Below, piece after piece: positions 23,186-35,699 of a DNA stretch of 64,000 nt. Every line of letters begins with the position of its first letter. Position 1 is the stretch's first letter. A program made the translations under genes and the position numbers. Origin of the DNA: Emiliania huxleyi CCMP1516 (taxonomy: Eukaryota). The notes beneath the pieces are model-generated. The model was not told the origin of the DNA. It made no database searches and saw only the letters and a list, made by a program, of their open reading frames with translations. Location of the stretch: the NCBI RefSeq assembly GCF_000372725.1, contig NW_005201269.1, forward strand, positions 1 to 64,000, in the 5' to 3' direction.

Positions 23186-24787
23186 CAGCTGCGATCCCGC
23201 CGAGTGGACGGCGGCACACAGCAGGTGGCGGTGGTGAGGGTGGAGATGAGGTGGAGGTGGAGGCGGCGGCGAAAGAGGCGGTGGAGAGAGCGGCGGCGGG
23301 GGAAGACGGTGGCGGGGCTGGCGGTGGCGGGGACGGCGGCGGTGGGGCGGCGGTGCGGATCATNNNNNNNNNNNNNNNNNNNNNNNNNNNNNNNNNNNNN
23401 NNNNNNNNNNNNNNNNNNNNNNNNNNNNNNNNNNNNNNNNNNNNNNNNNNNNNNNNNNNNNNNGATCTGATCAGTACGGGCCACTCCAGTCGACGGTAAA
23501 GAGAGCGTCGATGAGCTGTCGAGAGATTCGTCGCCGATAGCGGCGGTGTCGAGTGGTCTCGCGCAGCGACGGTTTGGTTCGTCTGCCCGTGGCGGGCACG
23601 GCGGCGGTGGGGGCGGCGGTGGCGGGGATGTCGGCGGTGGGGGCGGCGGCGGTGAGACGGCGGCGGTGGGGCGGCGGCGGTGGGGCGGCGGCGGAGAAGG
23701 AGGAGGTGACGCGGGGTATCGAGCGGCGGACGCGTCACCCGCGGCGCTGCCAGCGGCACTGATTGGAGTAGTACGCGTTTGCGTTAGCGCGGTGTTGAGC
23801 AGCTCGAGCACGGGCGCGCCTAGGTGCAGATCTCCCCCAATCTCCCCCAATCTCCCCAAATCTCCCCCACACCTCCCTAGCACGGGCGCGCCCGCGGGGA
23901 GGAAGAGGTTCCAGACCAGCGCCGCGCCTGAAGAAGCGGTCCACGAGAGGTCCGGGAGAGGTCCGGGAGAGGGGGAAGAGGCTCCGGACCAGCGTCGCGC
24001 CGTGCGCACCGATCAGCCCCGCAGCGCCTCGCACAAGTGCGAGCTGCTCGCGCGACGACAGCGCGCCCAGCTCCACCAGCCGCACCTCCGTCGCCGACCC
24101 GACCGGCGGCGCGCCGCCGTGCCGGAGCCTACGTCCCCGAGGCCAGGCAGTCATACGCAGCGTGCTCTGTGCGCGTGGACGTGTGTTGCATGTAGACAGC
24201 GGGGGAAAATAAATACAGCGCACGACATCTCCCTATCCTCGAATCCTCGACTTTTCGAAGGCGAGGCCTCTGCGACGAGTGCCAGCCGCGCTGCGGAGCC
24301 ACGCCCTTCGAGCCGCGTCCCGTCGGCACCGTCCCTGAGTGTGTCTCGCCTTGGCGACACACACTCGACGAGGACAGTCCTGCTGACGAGAACGTGTCGC
24401 GCGCCGGCGACGGTTGCGGCGTGGTGGTGTTGCGTGTACGAAGCGAAGATGGCACGACCACCGCCCTGCATCGCAGACCGGGCAAGGAGGGGCCTGCTCC
24501 CGTTCCGCGAGGAACAGGAGGTCTCCCCCTCTCCCCCGGCCTGAGCAGCTACGGGTGGAAGGCAGCCCCTTGAGTCGAGGGCGGCGCGACCATTGCTCCG
24601 CTCCAACGGCCAGAGACCGAGGTCAGTGCAGATGGTCGCGCCGCCCCGCTCCGCCCCGCCCGATGATTATTAATTCATTATTAATTAATTAATAAGTAAT
24701 TACCCCCCCCGCCCTCGCGCCGCCCGCCGCCGCGCCGCGCCGCCGCCCGATGATTAATAATTAATAATTATTACCCGATGATTAATA

Positions 24788-24837
<50 letters not shown>

Positions 24838-25554
24838 TTTGCGCGATGGCAGGGAAGGGCAGGGCAGCCGCGAGCGGCAAGTGGCGTCGGCGACGCAGCG
24901 AGACACGATGGTGACGCCCACAGCGCAGCGTGCGCGGCAGCAGCGCCGCCGGCGGCCCCACGCCACATCAGCGGCGCTCTGAGTGAGATCGGCGACGAAG
25001 AGAGGCGATGGTGACGTACACGGCGGCAGTGTTCACGGCAGCAGCGCCGGTGGCGGCCCCGCGCAGCGGCGGCGGCGCTCTGAGTGAGTCAGGCTGCGCT
25101 GCACAGCCTGCTGAGCACGCTCCCGACGAGCGGCGCGCCACGTGGGCCCGCCGCAGGCGACGCGGGCGGCGAGCCGACGCGCATGTCGTAGGCGTAGGCA
25201 GCGCTGGCGAAGCGAGGCGGCCGGCGCCGGCCCCCGGAGGCGGTTGCAGCGAGAGAAGCTAGGCAAAAGACACTGTTGGAAGGGTGGGGAGCAGCCTGCC
25301 GTCGAGCGGCGCGCCGCGCAAGCCCGCTGCCGGCGGCCCGATCGGAGAGCTCGTAGTCATGGTGCTATTCAGCGCGCCATCGCGCCCGAGACGCCCCGCC
25401 CTGGCCCTGTAGACCTTCCCAGAGAGCTTGGCGATGCTGTACAGAATGCCGAGAGCATTCTGAGCAGGCTGCCGTCGAGCGACGAGCCATGCTGGCTCGT
25501 CGCGGGCTGCGAGCTCGAAGACCCGCGCAGAGCGTCGCCGAGCCTGGCGTGCCC

Positions 25555-25738
25555 GCCCGCTCGCCCGCGGCCGCAGGCGTGGAAGCCAAGCATCCTGGCG
25601 TCTATGGCAAGCGCTCACATGCCAAAAGGCACCTCGCAGCGCGCGAGACGTGACCAAAGCGGCACGTCTCGGCGCCGCAAGAGCAGCCGGTCGACGTCGG
25701 CACCAAGCGCGCGGCCGCCTGGCGCCTCCGAACTGATA
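25555..25738 (-). repeat. ~190-bp dispersed repeat
   Basis: Reverse complement aligns with 32463-32738, which carries an extra ~65-bp insertion. Confidence 0.75.
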
Positions 25739-26591
25739 GGGGCGCCGCGGCAGTAGGGAATAAGCACTTGGAGCACTTGGAGTGCAGTTATTAACCTCAC
25801 AGGCACACGTTTTCTCTTTTTCGCCGACCGAAGAGTTCTGCGCCGAGGGGCTCTCTCGCTCAATCAGGGCCATCCCGCCCGTCAACTGGCTGAGATCAGG
25901 GCAGTCGATCTGCATTGCGTCAGCATCTGCTGCCGACAGCGGCTCTGCCGCGGCTTGAAGGAGCGACGCGTCGTCCATCGCGTTGTCATCGTGCGGGCGG
26001 GCCGAGGCACAGGGCGAGCCCGGCGTCTTCGGAGGCTTCGGAGACGGCTGCATCGGGACGTCAACCGGGGCTGCCGCTGCCGACAAGCCCGGCCTCTCGA
26101 ACGCGGGTCGCAAGGGGTCGGGAGACGTGGCCTGCGGCTGCTCCGTCGGAGAGGCGTCTGACAGGGCCGCGGCGCGAGGCGGAGGCACGGCCTCCGGAGC
26201 GCCTGCCTCGCCGAGGCCGATGGACGCCATTTGCCGGCAGCAAGGGCGAGTCGACACGCTCGGCGGGCGTGAGGTGAAGCGCCGTGGCACACACAGGGAG
26301 GAAAAAGGTTTCCCCCTTCGCTGGGAACGACCGCTTCGCAGCGCAAGGTAGGTAGGTAGGTAGTAAGGTGAAGAACAGCCAGGCTCGGACTGGACACCAA
26401 CAAGAAAAGAATTCGCGCGCGAAAAAAAAAAGGTGAAATTCGCCGAACGAAGAGTTCGGCCGCCGCAGGGCAGCTCCACTCTCGGTGCCACAACCCCCAG
26501 CGGCTCGCTACGCCGGCCGCACCTCCTCGCCGCCTCCTTCCTTGACTCCCTCCCTCACCGCCCCTCACCCCCACCCCCCCCCCTTGAGGTT

Positions 26592-27892
26592 ATGCTGCGG
26601 CTCGCCGCGGCCCGCTCGTCGCGCGCGGCGCTGCCGCTGCGCCGCGTGCGCGGGATGTGCGCGGTCGCCGATCCGGACAAGATTGTCAAGGATCTGGACG
26701 TTGCGATCACCGACTTCACCACAAAGATGGAGAACCCGCCGCCGCCGCCAGACTACACCGTCGCCCAGATCCAGGCAGATGCGGAGACCGGTGCCGCGGG
26801 CCCTCCGCCGCCAGCCCTCCGGCTCTGCGCGCTGCCGGCTCCCCTCCCCCCCCCCCCTCTCCCCCTCGGGTGGTCCACCCTCCTTCGCGGGGCGCGACAT
26901 CAGCGGCCGCCCTTCCCCTCCTCTCCTCCCAAGCCAGCCTCCCCTCGCGCCTGCTGCAGGCTCCATCAACGTGAGCAAAGTCGGCGAGATCTTCGGGTCG
27001 CACGAGCCGGAGCAGCGCAAGATCATGATGACGATCGCGTCGCGCATCAACGAGCTGGCGAGGGGCATCCAGGACACCAAGGTCGAGTCGATCGACTGGG
27101 ACATGTGGACGGAGCGGTACACGTCAATTGGGTGCGCTGCACTTGGGGAGGGGGGGGGGGGGGGGGAACGGGTGCTGCGNNNNNNNNNNNNNNNNNNNNN
27201 NNNNNNNNNNNNNNNNNNNNNNNNNNNNNNNNNNNNNNNNNNNNNNNNNNNNNNNNNNNNNNNNNNNNNNNNNNNNNNNTGGGGGGTTTTGGAAAAACTT
27301 TTTTCCCCCCCCCCCCCCCTGGGCAGGGGGGGGGATTTTTTTGAGAAATTTAAGGGGGGGCCCCTTCCCCCTGGGGGGGGACCGGGGGCGGGAATTTCGG
27401 GGGAAAAAAAAAAATTTAGGGCAGAGGGGGCTCCCTGGTCTCCAAAGGGAAGTGGGGGGCCCAAGGGGCTCAAGGGGGGGTCACCCAAAAGGGAGTCGTC
27501 CTCAAAAAAAAACCAGGGGGACCCCTTTTCCCCCCGGGGGGAAATAAAAAGCGACCCCAAGGGGGGAAAGCGGCCCCCCCCCCCCCCCTTTAAAGCTCCC
27601 CCCCTTTTTCCAAAAGCCCCTTTCCCCCAGGCCTCCAAAGGCCCCCCCCCCCCCCCCTTGACCCGGGTCCTTGCCCCCCCCCCCCCCCCTCCTTGACCCG
27701 GCTCCTCTCACCCCGCCTCCCCACCCGCAGATCGACACGCTCACGATCGCCTCGATCCTCGAGAAGAACCCGGAGTGGAAGGCTGCCATCGAGGAGGACA
27801 TCTCAAACAACATCTGGGACCCGAGCCACATCCCAGACAAGATCAAGGACTCGATCGGCCCGCCCGCGGACAAGGAGACCATCGCCGCATGA
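26592..27892 (+). CDS. ATP5PD: Mitochondrial ATP synthase subunit d-like (spans an assembly gap)
   Basis: Arg/Ala-rich presequence MLRLAAARSSR; ESIDWDMW; C-terminal IDTLTIASILEKNPEWKAAIEEDISNNIW resembles plant ATPd. Intron ~26791-26959; N gap 27180-27279. Confidence 0.65.
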
Positions 27893-28316
27893 GCCGCCGA
27901 CGCGAGAGCTGTGGCGATGAGAGCGCAGAGTTCAGAGAGGGAGCGGCATGCATGTACACACACCGCCTCGCGCGCCGCGCGGAGCTCGTTCTTCCCTGGG
28001 CCGAGCGTTTTTGATCTCTGGGTGACGGTGAGTGGGCGCCCGCCCGCCGCCTCTGAGTCGGGGTCGATGGAAAACAAAAACAAAATCGAGGCAATATCAA
28101 AAACAGTCTGTGAGAGACAGAGAGATGAGAGTGCCTCGTAGCACGTAGGGTGTCCCAGTCGTTGGTCGGACTGTGTATGGTTCGCCTTCCAAACTTACTC
28201 CCCCCTTTATATATTTATTATTTTCCGCGAAACAGTGTGTCTAATAGTAGTCTAAGAACAGAGGGTCATCTAACAACTACGCTCTACGGGAGAGAAAAAC
28301 AGTCTAACAGAGCCGT

Positions 28317-28925
28317 CTAAAGAAAGACAGCGAGGACCCGCGCCGCCGCCATCGGCGCCACCGCCTCCCACGCACCCAACGCCGGGTCGTACCGCTCCAC
28401 CGAGCTGAGGCGGTTATAGCCGGCACCCAATCCGCCTGCGACATACAACTTGCCGTCGAGCGCCGCCACGGCGTGATTATACCGTGCCGTCGCCATCGGC
28501 GCCACCGCCTCCCACGCGTCCGTCGCGGGATCGTACCGTTCCACCGAGGTGAGGTAGCCACCATTGTAGCCTCCCACAGCGTACAGCTTGCCGTCGAGCA
28601 CCGCCACGGCGTGGTTCTCGCGTGGTGTCACCATCGACGCCACCGCCTCCCACGCGTTCGTCGCGGGATCGTACTGCTCGACCGAGCTGAGGCCGCCGTC
28701 GTCGCCAAAGCCGCCCACGGCGTACAGCTTGCCGTCGAGCACCGCCACGCCATGTTCGCTCCGCTCCGCCGCCATCGGCGCCACCGCCTGCCACGCATCC
28801 AACGCCGGGTCGTACCGCTCGACCGAGCTGAGGAGGCCGTCGTCGTCGCCGTTGCTGAAGCCTCCCACAGCGTATAGCTTGCTGTCTAGCACCGCGACGG
28901 CAGGAGCATGCCGAGCCTCCGCCAT
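28317..28925 (-). pseudogene. 5'-truncated kelch-repeat gene
   Basis: Four kelch repeats (LYAVGG...SSVERYDP...WEAVAPM) without the N-terminal domain of its paralogs. 3' flank 28190-28320 is homologous to 60163-60222. Confidence 0.75.
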
Positions 28926-29752
28926 CGGAATCTGCTGATTTTCTCCTTCGTTCCCTTCTCGCTTCTGGCCCGCCGCGCTCGCTGTACCTAGCGGCCGTGA
29001 CTCACCTGCTTCGGGCGCGCTGCTCCTCGGGGATGGCGAGAAGCGGCAGAGGTGATGCTCATAGCTGAGCTAGCCCCAGATGCCCCGTTTGCCCCACTGC
29101 GGCGTCGCGCTCGTGCCGGCGTGCAAGTGGGTACAATGCACCCCGTTGTAGGGATGTGGCGCGAGAGTGAACATCTCGCGCCTGGTCGCCTCGCTATAAA
29201 GAGCTAGCACTGTCTGTGCAGCCTGTAGGGCAGCGTCGGCGTTCTTTTTGATCCGATGGTGCTTCCACTGATTGCACCGCGCCTCGCTGTGCCTTCTCGC
29301 ACCGGCCAAGCCGACCGCCTTGTGCTGCGTGCACGTGCTGCAGCCTCGCGAAGCACCGCCTGTTTCTGAAGCCAGGCAGATTCCATCACCGTGGTGTTCT
29401 GGTAATCCACCCACGAAGCCGCAGCAATGCTGGCATTCGCGGCAGCCGGCCTGGGGTCAAAGCGTTGCTGTCGCAGCTCCTTGATCATGGCCGACGTCAA
29501 AGCTGGCGAAACGGCTCCTACCCAAACCAACATGGGTTATGCCGGCAGCTATGAGGGCGAAGCCATCCGTGCGTGCACGCATCCCTGCAGCAGGACAGAT
29601 CCGCCCGCCCACAAGCCGGCAAGCTTTGTTTGGTGGCGCGCGAAACTCCGGGCGCAGCGAAGATTTCGGGCCGGCCTTCCATCTGCATGTTCGTGCGCAC
29701 GGCGACACGGACTATCATGTTTGCATGGGGAGACCGTACTCTCGCCAGCTTT

Positions 29753-31340
29753 GATGCCGGCCAAAATGAAGGAGCGACAGCAACGCTTTGATGCCAAGCC
29801 AGCTGCGGCGAATGCCAGCATGACCGCGATGTGCGAGGTCGTCTGGGTGAGATGTCGGGAGCCGCCGCCCGCGTGGCTACCATGGGATGCAACCATAGTC
29901 GAACAATGCGGCCTGCTGTCGAATCGCTCGATCTTGTCCGTAGACAACAAGGGCGACGAGGGATACGGATACCTGGAGTGGATAATGTGGCGGTGGTCAA
30001 CGCTTCCTCCCTGTGTCTACCTTCTGCACGGGAGCAACAGCCACCTACGACTTGGACTGGACCTGCTTCTCCGCTCGCAGCGCTCGGTCTCCAGCCTGTC
30101 GCGTGAGTCACTTGCGGTGCCGCTCGGAGACACATTCGTCGACGGACGGGTCCTTGGCAGTTGGAACGGGCAGGACGACGTCCGGCGGGGTTTGGACCTT
30201 TTTTATCGCCACCTAAACCAGACCCTCGGCCCGCTACACGGCCTACCCGACATTCGCGGACAATCGCTACATCTACACTGCTGCAATACGTGGCTACTGA
30301 CGCGCCGCGCTATCCGGAGCCGCTCGCTTGAGTGGTGGTCAGCGCTGCGATCTGCAGCCCTGCTGCCCGTTAGTGGATACACGCCCTCTGGCAAGACCTT
30401 TGCTGGCTTCGAGCGCACTGCGAGGAATCCCGTCGGCCATTCGGAGATTGGCATCATCTACGAGCACATCTTCCATCTTGCACTCGGTCTGGCGCTCAAC
30501 ACGACGCGAGTGAACGACGAGCGCGTCTTCCGCAGCGTGTTCAACGCGTCTGCTTCGGCGGCAGACCAAGGCCGGGCACCTCCAGCGCCGCCGGCTTTGC
30601 CCATGCGAGGCTACCAGGGCTGTGATTGCCCATGCAACAAGAACGGGTGCAACTATCTTCTGTTTCCAGCATCGGGCGACCAGCCAAGTGGGTATAGATT
30701 GGGCGATGTCTTCAGGTTTGATTCGTTCAGACGCATGCTCGAGAGCTTTCACCTTGCACACTTCCCGAATAGCATCGCCAGCAGATACCTAAGAGCGACC
30801 ACTCGCTCAGGGGACTATGTCATCCTAGCGCGGGTTGTGCGAGAGTATAGGGCCAGCCACCCATCGATGGTCCCGCCGTCCGATGCAGCCATCCTGCACC
30901 TCCGGTGCGGAGACGTCCTCGATGGAAAGAAATTGCATGACGGCGTTCCAAGGGATATAATCTCGCACGGCGGCGTCCCCGGCGTGCTGCGCGATGGCCT
31001 GCGGCCCTATGTGAAATCGCTAAGTCATTTCGACCAGTACGTGCAGCAGCTCTCGACGCGGCACCTTATCCTCGTCGCTGGCACGCATTACCAGCTCGCG
31101 GAGAACATCTGGCCGGCGAGCACTGAGTACATCAATGGTGTGCGGGACCATTTTCGAGCGAAAGGCTTTTTCGTGGAGCTCAGGATTGGGCAGCGGGCGG
31201 ATGACGACGTCGTGTACATGGCGCACGCTCGCGTCTTTGTGAGCAGTGGCGGCGGCTTTAGCGGCGTCATCAGTGGGCTCGTCAAGCGGCTTGGTGGGCA
31301 GGCAATCGATGGCCACCCCCATAATACAAGCAGACGATGA
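29753..31340 (+). CDS. DUF3431-like domain fused to a glycosyltransferase-like domain
   Basis: NKGDEGYGYL...LP...LHG, CCNTWLLTRRAIR and YEHIFH. Second domain has YRLGD, LHLRCGDV and DDDVVYMAHARVFVSSGGGFS. Start codon uncertain. Confidence 0.6.
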
Positions 31341-31921
31341 GCAATCGTTCGTCTGGCTTGTGTCTCCTGTCACCTCTTCTTCGTTCGTCTGGGTGAAATA
31401 TTTATTTTTCTTTGGCGTAGGGTAGTTTAGAGGCCGCCGCCAAGGACCATGCTCTCCGCCTCCGTCCCGCAGCCTCCTCCCCCCTCCCCGGACCCACCGG
31501 CCGCCAGCCCCGTTCCCGCTCGAGCTCCGTCGCCCGGACTGCGAGTGTCCTTGCTCGCGCCCTCTGCAGAAGGCCGGTCGGCCTCGCCGCCGCCGCCGCG
31601 CCGCCCGCTCCGCCCGCCTCAGCGCCCGGGTCCCTGGACGCCGTGCTCGCCCGCCGCCGCTCGATCGCCGATGCGCCCGTGGAGCCGCCGCGCTGCTCCA
31701 AGCGCAGCTCCGCCGACCCCAGCTCCTCCGCCGAACCCAAAAAGGAACCTTTTTTAGGACCCTGCCAGCGCAAACACCGTCTCCCATCGTGCTCCACAGC
31801 GTGCCGACCGTGCGGTGCGCAGCGGACCTGCAAGTCCAAGTGCCTCCATCGTCCATCTCCATGCTCCAAGCGGCTAACAACGTGTTTCAACAAGCGATAA
31901 AGATCACTCTCTCACGAGCAC

Positions 31922-32287
31922 TCACTTCTTCACGAGGCTGTGCCGTTCGCTTCCCGCCGCCCTCGCCGGCGGGTTGGACTCGCAAAGCAGCGCAGCGAAG
32001 CACAGCCACTGCACGACGCAACGCTCGCCCTCTGGCTGCGCCGGCAGCTCGAAGCCGCGCTCTTGCGCCCACAAGCGGATGCCCTCCTCCGCAAGCGAGG
32101 CGTGGAAGAGCAGCGAGACGGCCGCGACGCGAGCGATGTCGAGGGGGCTGTCGCAGCGAGAGAGGACGCGCTCGAGGAGCTCCCTGGGGAGGTCGAGGAG
32201 CCGGGCGGGCGGCGGCGTGTCTGGCGAGGGGGCGGCGGCGGCGGCGGAGGCGAGGCGGCGCGAGCGGCGGCGCGGCGGGGTGGACAT
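31922..32287 (-). pseudogene. Truncated F-box protein (possibly F-box/RCC1 type)
   Basis: LLDLPRELLERVL...IARVAAVSLLF; ends at AAGSERHSL, which resembles the start of an RCC1 repeat. Confidence 0.55.
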
Positions 32288-32330
32288 CGCCACAAAAAGA
32301 ATTTCTAGGCTCCAACCTCCGTCGGTGCGA

Positions 32331-32462
32331 GGAGAGGCAGACGCCCAAGGGTGGGCGACGGCTAGAGCAACACACCTTCCTTCCAGTGAAATCCCTGTGT
32401 GGTGGCGGCGTGCCGTCCTCCCATCCCTCCCTTGGCTTGAGCGTTCTTTCTTTTTCTTTCTT
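32331..32462 (+). mobile_element. 132-bp retroposon insertion with (CTTT) tail and 11-bp TSD
   Basis: TSD cgtcggtgcga at 32320-32330 and 32463-32473. Confidence 0.85.
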
Positions 32463-33041
32463 CGTCGGTGCGAAGGCGCCCGGCGGCCGCGCTTGGTGCC
32501 CACGCCGACCGGCTGCTCTCGCGGCGCCGAGGCGTACCGCTCCGGTCACGTATCGCGCGCTGCGAGGTGTCTTTCCGAGTGGTCTTTCCGGCATGTGATT
32601 ACTGGGGGAAATGGCTCAGAGAGTGCGCGAATAAAATTCTTCTGGGCAGGTGTGCACCAAAAGTGAGCGCTGGCTGCAGGCTGTGGAGACGCCAGGAAGC
32701 TCGTCTTCCATGCCTCTGCGGCCGTGGGCGTGCGGGCGTAGTGTTGGGGGATGGGTGGTTTTCATCGCCGCGAGGTTTTCGATGGACACCGTGGCAACCG
32801 ATTTGGCGTCCCCAAATTTGGGATATCCAGAGCACATGCGGCACCCGCAACGTATCCCACAGCCCTGCTCCATCGTGCGCATGCTCACCCGCCCGCACGA
32901 GCCAGCAGCACTGCGAGGCGACCCGTCTCGAGCTCAGCCCGCTGGCGCTGCCCCCCCCCCCCCCCCTTGCGCCTTGCGCCTTGGGGCCGCCGCCGCCGGC
33001 TACCGCTCTCGCGCTCTCGTACCTACGTAGACTCGTGTACT

Positions 33042-35200
33042 CTACGACTCTGCAGACGCCCCCACCAGCGGCCGCGGCGTCATGAAGGTTTTGACCACGT
33101 CGTCCGTGACCAGCGCCCGCGCCTGCTGGTGCTGCGCCACGAGCGGCACGAGGCATTTGACGAGCTCGGCCTTGATCTCGCCAGAGAGCATGCGGCCGGA
33201 GGAGTACTCGTCTCCTATGCGCGCCAGCTCCGCGTCGTCGTGCAGGAAGAAGCGCAGCCACTGGTACGAGATGTCCGTCTGAGAGCGGCCAGCGCGCGCG
33301 GGCGGGTGAGAGCGGCCGCCGCGCGTGCTTCTCGCGATCTCGCGGCCAGCTATGGGGCCCCGGCGGTCTCGGCACCCTCTCGGCTCCCTCTCGGCTACGT
33401 CTCGCCGCGAGGTCTCCTCCCTTCTCGCGGTGCTCCTCTACCGTCTCGCGGCCGCCCGAGTAGGCGTACCGGTTCACCTTGTCGGTAAGGTAAGGTTAGG
33501 TAAGCTTCTCCACACACACGAGGTGGTGGGGCAAGGGGGGGCGACCCTCGCGTCTCCACGTCTAACGACAGGCGCCCCACGGCATTCAAAGTGCAAGGCC
33601 CAGTGCGCGTGGGTGAGCGGCACCTTGTCGCGGATCTGCTTTTGGCTGTCGGTGCAGAAGATGGCAGAGCTCTCGTCCGAAGCAGACATCTTCGAGGTGG
33701 CGCCTAAGGGTACTCATTGATCGCCACTCACCCCTCCAGAGGCCTACACCTCCTCGAGGCGGCGCCTGGGGACGTGTCGTGGACGCGTCTCGTGCCGTGG
33801 ACGCGTCGAGTGGACGCGTCCAGGCACAGCTGCGGCCTTGGCTTCGGTTCGGGCGGCGCGGCCGGTGCGGGCGGCGTGTGTGCGCGTGGGTGGGTGGGTG
33901 GGTGGGTGGGGGGGCGGGAGCGTGGGGGGCGACTGCGAGACGTGCACACCCTGCAGCGCGGGGAAGAACTTTGAGTGGAGCAGTGCCGGCTTGAGAAAGC
34001 CGAGCCTGCGGGGCGACGAGGTCGGAGGCGTGGCGCGAGGTTTCCGCCCGCCCGCATGCGCGCGGCTCTCGGGCAGCCCGCGCCTCGGCGCGACGTCCCT
34101 CGTCATGCGGAAGTACGGGTCTTGGTCAATGGCGCACGGGATGAGGCAGGGGATGTCGACGCGCGTGCCAAAGATGTGAGGAAAGGAGCTGGGGAAGGAG
34201 GGCGCCGCCTGCGGCGGGCGAGGCGGGCGAGGCGGGCGAGGCGGGCGGCGTGGCGGCGGGGAGCGGCGGGGAGCGGCGGGAGGTGGCGGGGAGTGATGCC
34301 GGGGTGGTGGGGTGGTGGGCGGCGGCGGGCGCGCGGCTCTGGGCGGGCCCCGGCAGAGGAGAGCCCAGCCTCTTGCCCACTCTCGTGCCTCCGCCCACTC
34401 CCGTCGCATGCACCGCCGCGACGGGGTGGGGGCAAAAGCCCCCCCCCCCCCCCCCCTCCTCCTCCCCGCACCCAGACCGACCCGAGTCCGCGCCTGCACC
34501 GCCGGGAAGGCGTGCTTGCCGATGTTGCACGAGTCGTCAAAGCCAAAGATGCCGCGGACCTGGTTGTACGTCACCGCCTTTTGGATGCGCACCTGCCCGC
34601 ACCCGGGAGATGCGCGCCGTGAGGGCCGACGCGCGCGCGCGCGCGGCTCGGCGGGGCCAGGGTGCGGGTCCGCACGATGTTTGGGTACATCGAGCCGATG
34701 TAGTCGAGGTCCGAGAAGATGAAGGTGCGAGTGATGTCAAAGCCGCAGGCGATGATGTCCTTGGCATTCTCGGCGGCGAGTCGGTGGCACTCGTCGAGCT
34801 GCAGGTCCTTCCACAGGAACTTCTCGTCGTCCGTCATCTGGATGACCAGCGGGCACCGGAACACGTCCTGCAGGTACTTTGTGAAGTGGAACGGGATGAG
34901 GTGGCCGAGGTGCAGCGACTCGGAGGACGGCCCTCGCCCCGTGTACAGGTACATGGGCTTGCCGGCGGCGTGGTTGTCCAGGATCGCGTCGAGGTCGCGG
35001 TGCGAGAAGAAGATGCCACGCCGGATCCACGTGTGCGCCGTGCGGCCCGTCACACGCTCGAACTTTTCAATCAGCGCGGGCGTGAGCGGCTGCGAGCCAA
35101 ACTGCTCAATCAGCTTGTCGTAGTTGATGTTGCCAGAGACGGTCCACGGGTCGACGATGACGTCCTCCTCGGCCGGCTCGGCAGCCGGCGCGTCCGCCAT
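33042..35200 (-). CDS. WARS: Cytosolic (eukaryote-type) tryptophanyl-tRNA synthetase, about 7 exons
   Basis: [61 protein letters not shown] and YSGGRET, joined by GT-AG and GC-AG introns. Confidence 0.95.
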
Positions 35201-35287
35201 CGGCCTCCGGCGGCGACGACAGCGCAGGTGCGCCGGGTGGGCAGCAGTGCGAAGGAAGAATTCTAGCCCACGCACTGGCACTAACAC

Positions 35288-35325
35288 CATCCCTCCCTTG
35301 GGTTGTCCGTTTTCTTTCTTTCTTT
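35288..35325 (+). mobile_element. 38-bp retroposon tail insertion with 8-bp TSD
   Basis: TSD actaacac at 35280-35287 and 35326-35333 flanks catccctcccttgggttgtccgttttctttctttcttt. Confidence 0.8.
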
Positions 35326-35699
35326 ACTAACACAGGTACACCACGGGAGCCGCCTAAGCGACTCCCGCGAGGGCGGCGAGGCACTTAGCTCCGTGCACTC
35401 GACCGCCCTCGCCGCAGGCAAGCTCATTCACAATCTGCTCTGCGATGGCCGCGTGAACCGTGAAGAACGACTGAGATACGCTGCTTCTGCAGCCCTAGCC
35501 AATTCCCGCGCCAGCTTGTGCTGCAGCACGTCCGCCGCCTTCCAGAGGATCTCGGTTCTCGCCGACCCCCCCTTCCCGAACCCACCGGGGGAGGAGATGC
35601 GAGGTTAGTCTCAGAACTTGGTACTAAAACAGAGCTACTTAACACGTCAATGTACACGCCGGCGGGACTGAAGAAGGCGGGCAGCAGCTGGGGGGTCGG

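Noticed and set aside
23464..26230. Possible gene fragments (e.g. minus ORF from 26230; 23546-24544)
   Set aside because: Low-complexity, no recognisable domain and broken by repeats and a gap, so not supportable as genes.
27280..27690. Homopolymer-rich ORFs and G-quadruplex-like tract
   Set aside because: Adjacent to an N gap and looks like low-quality read-end sequence.
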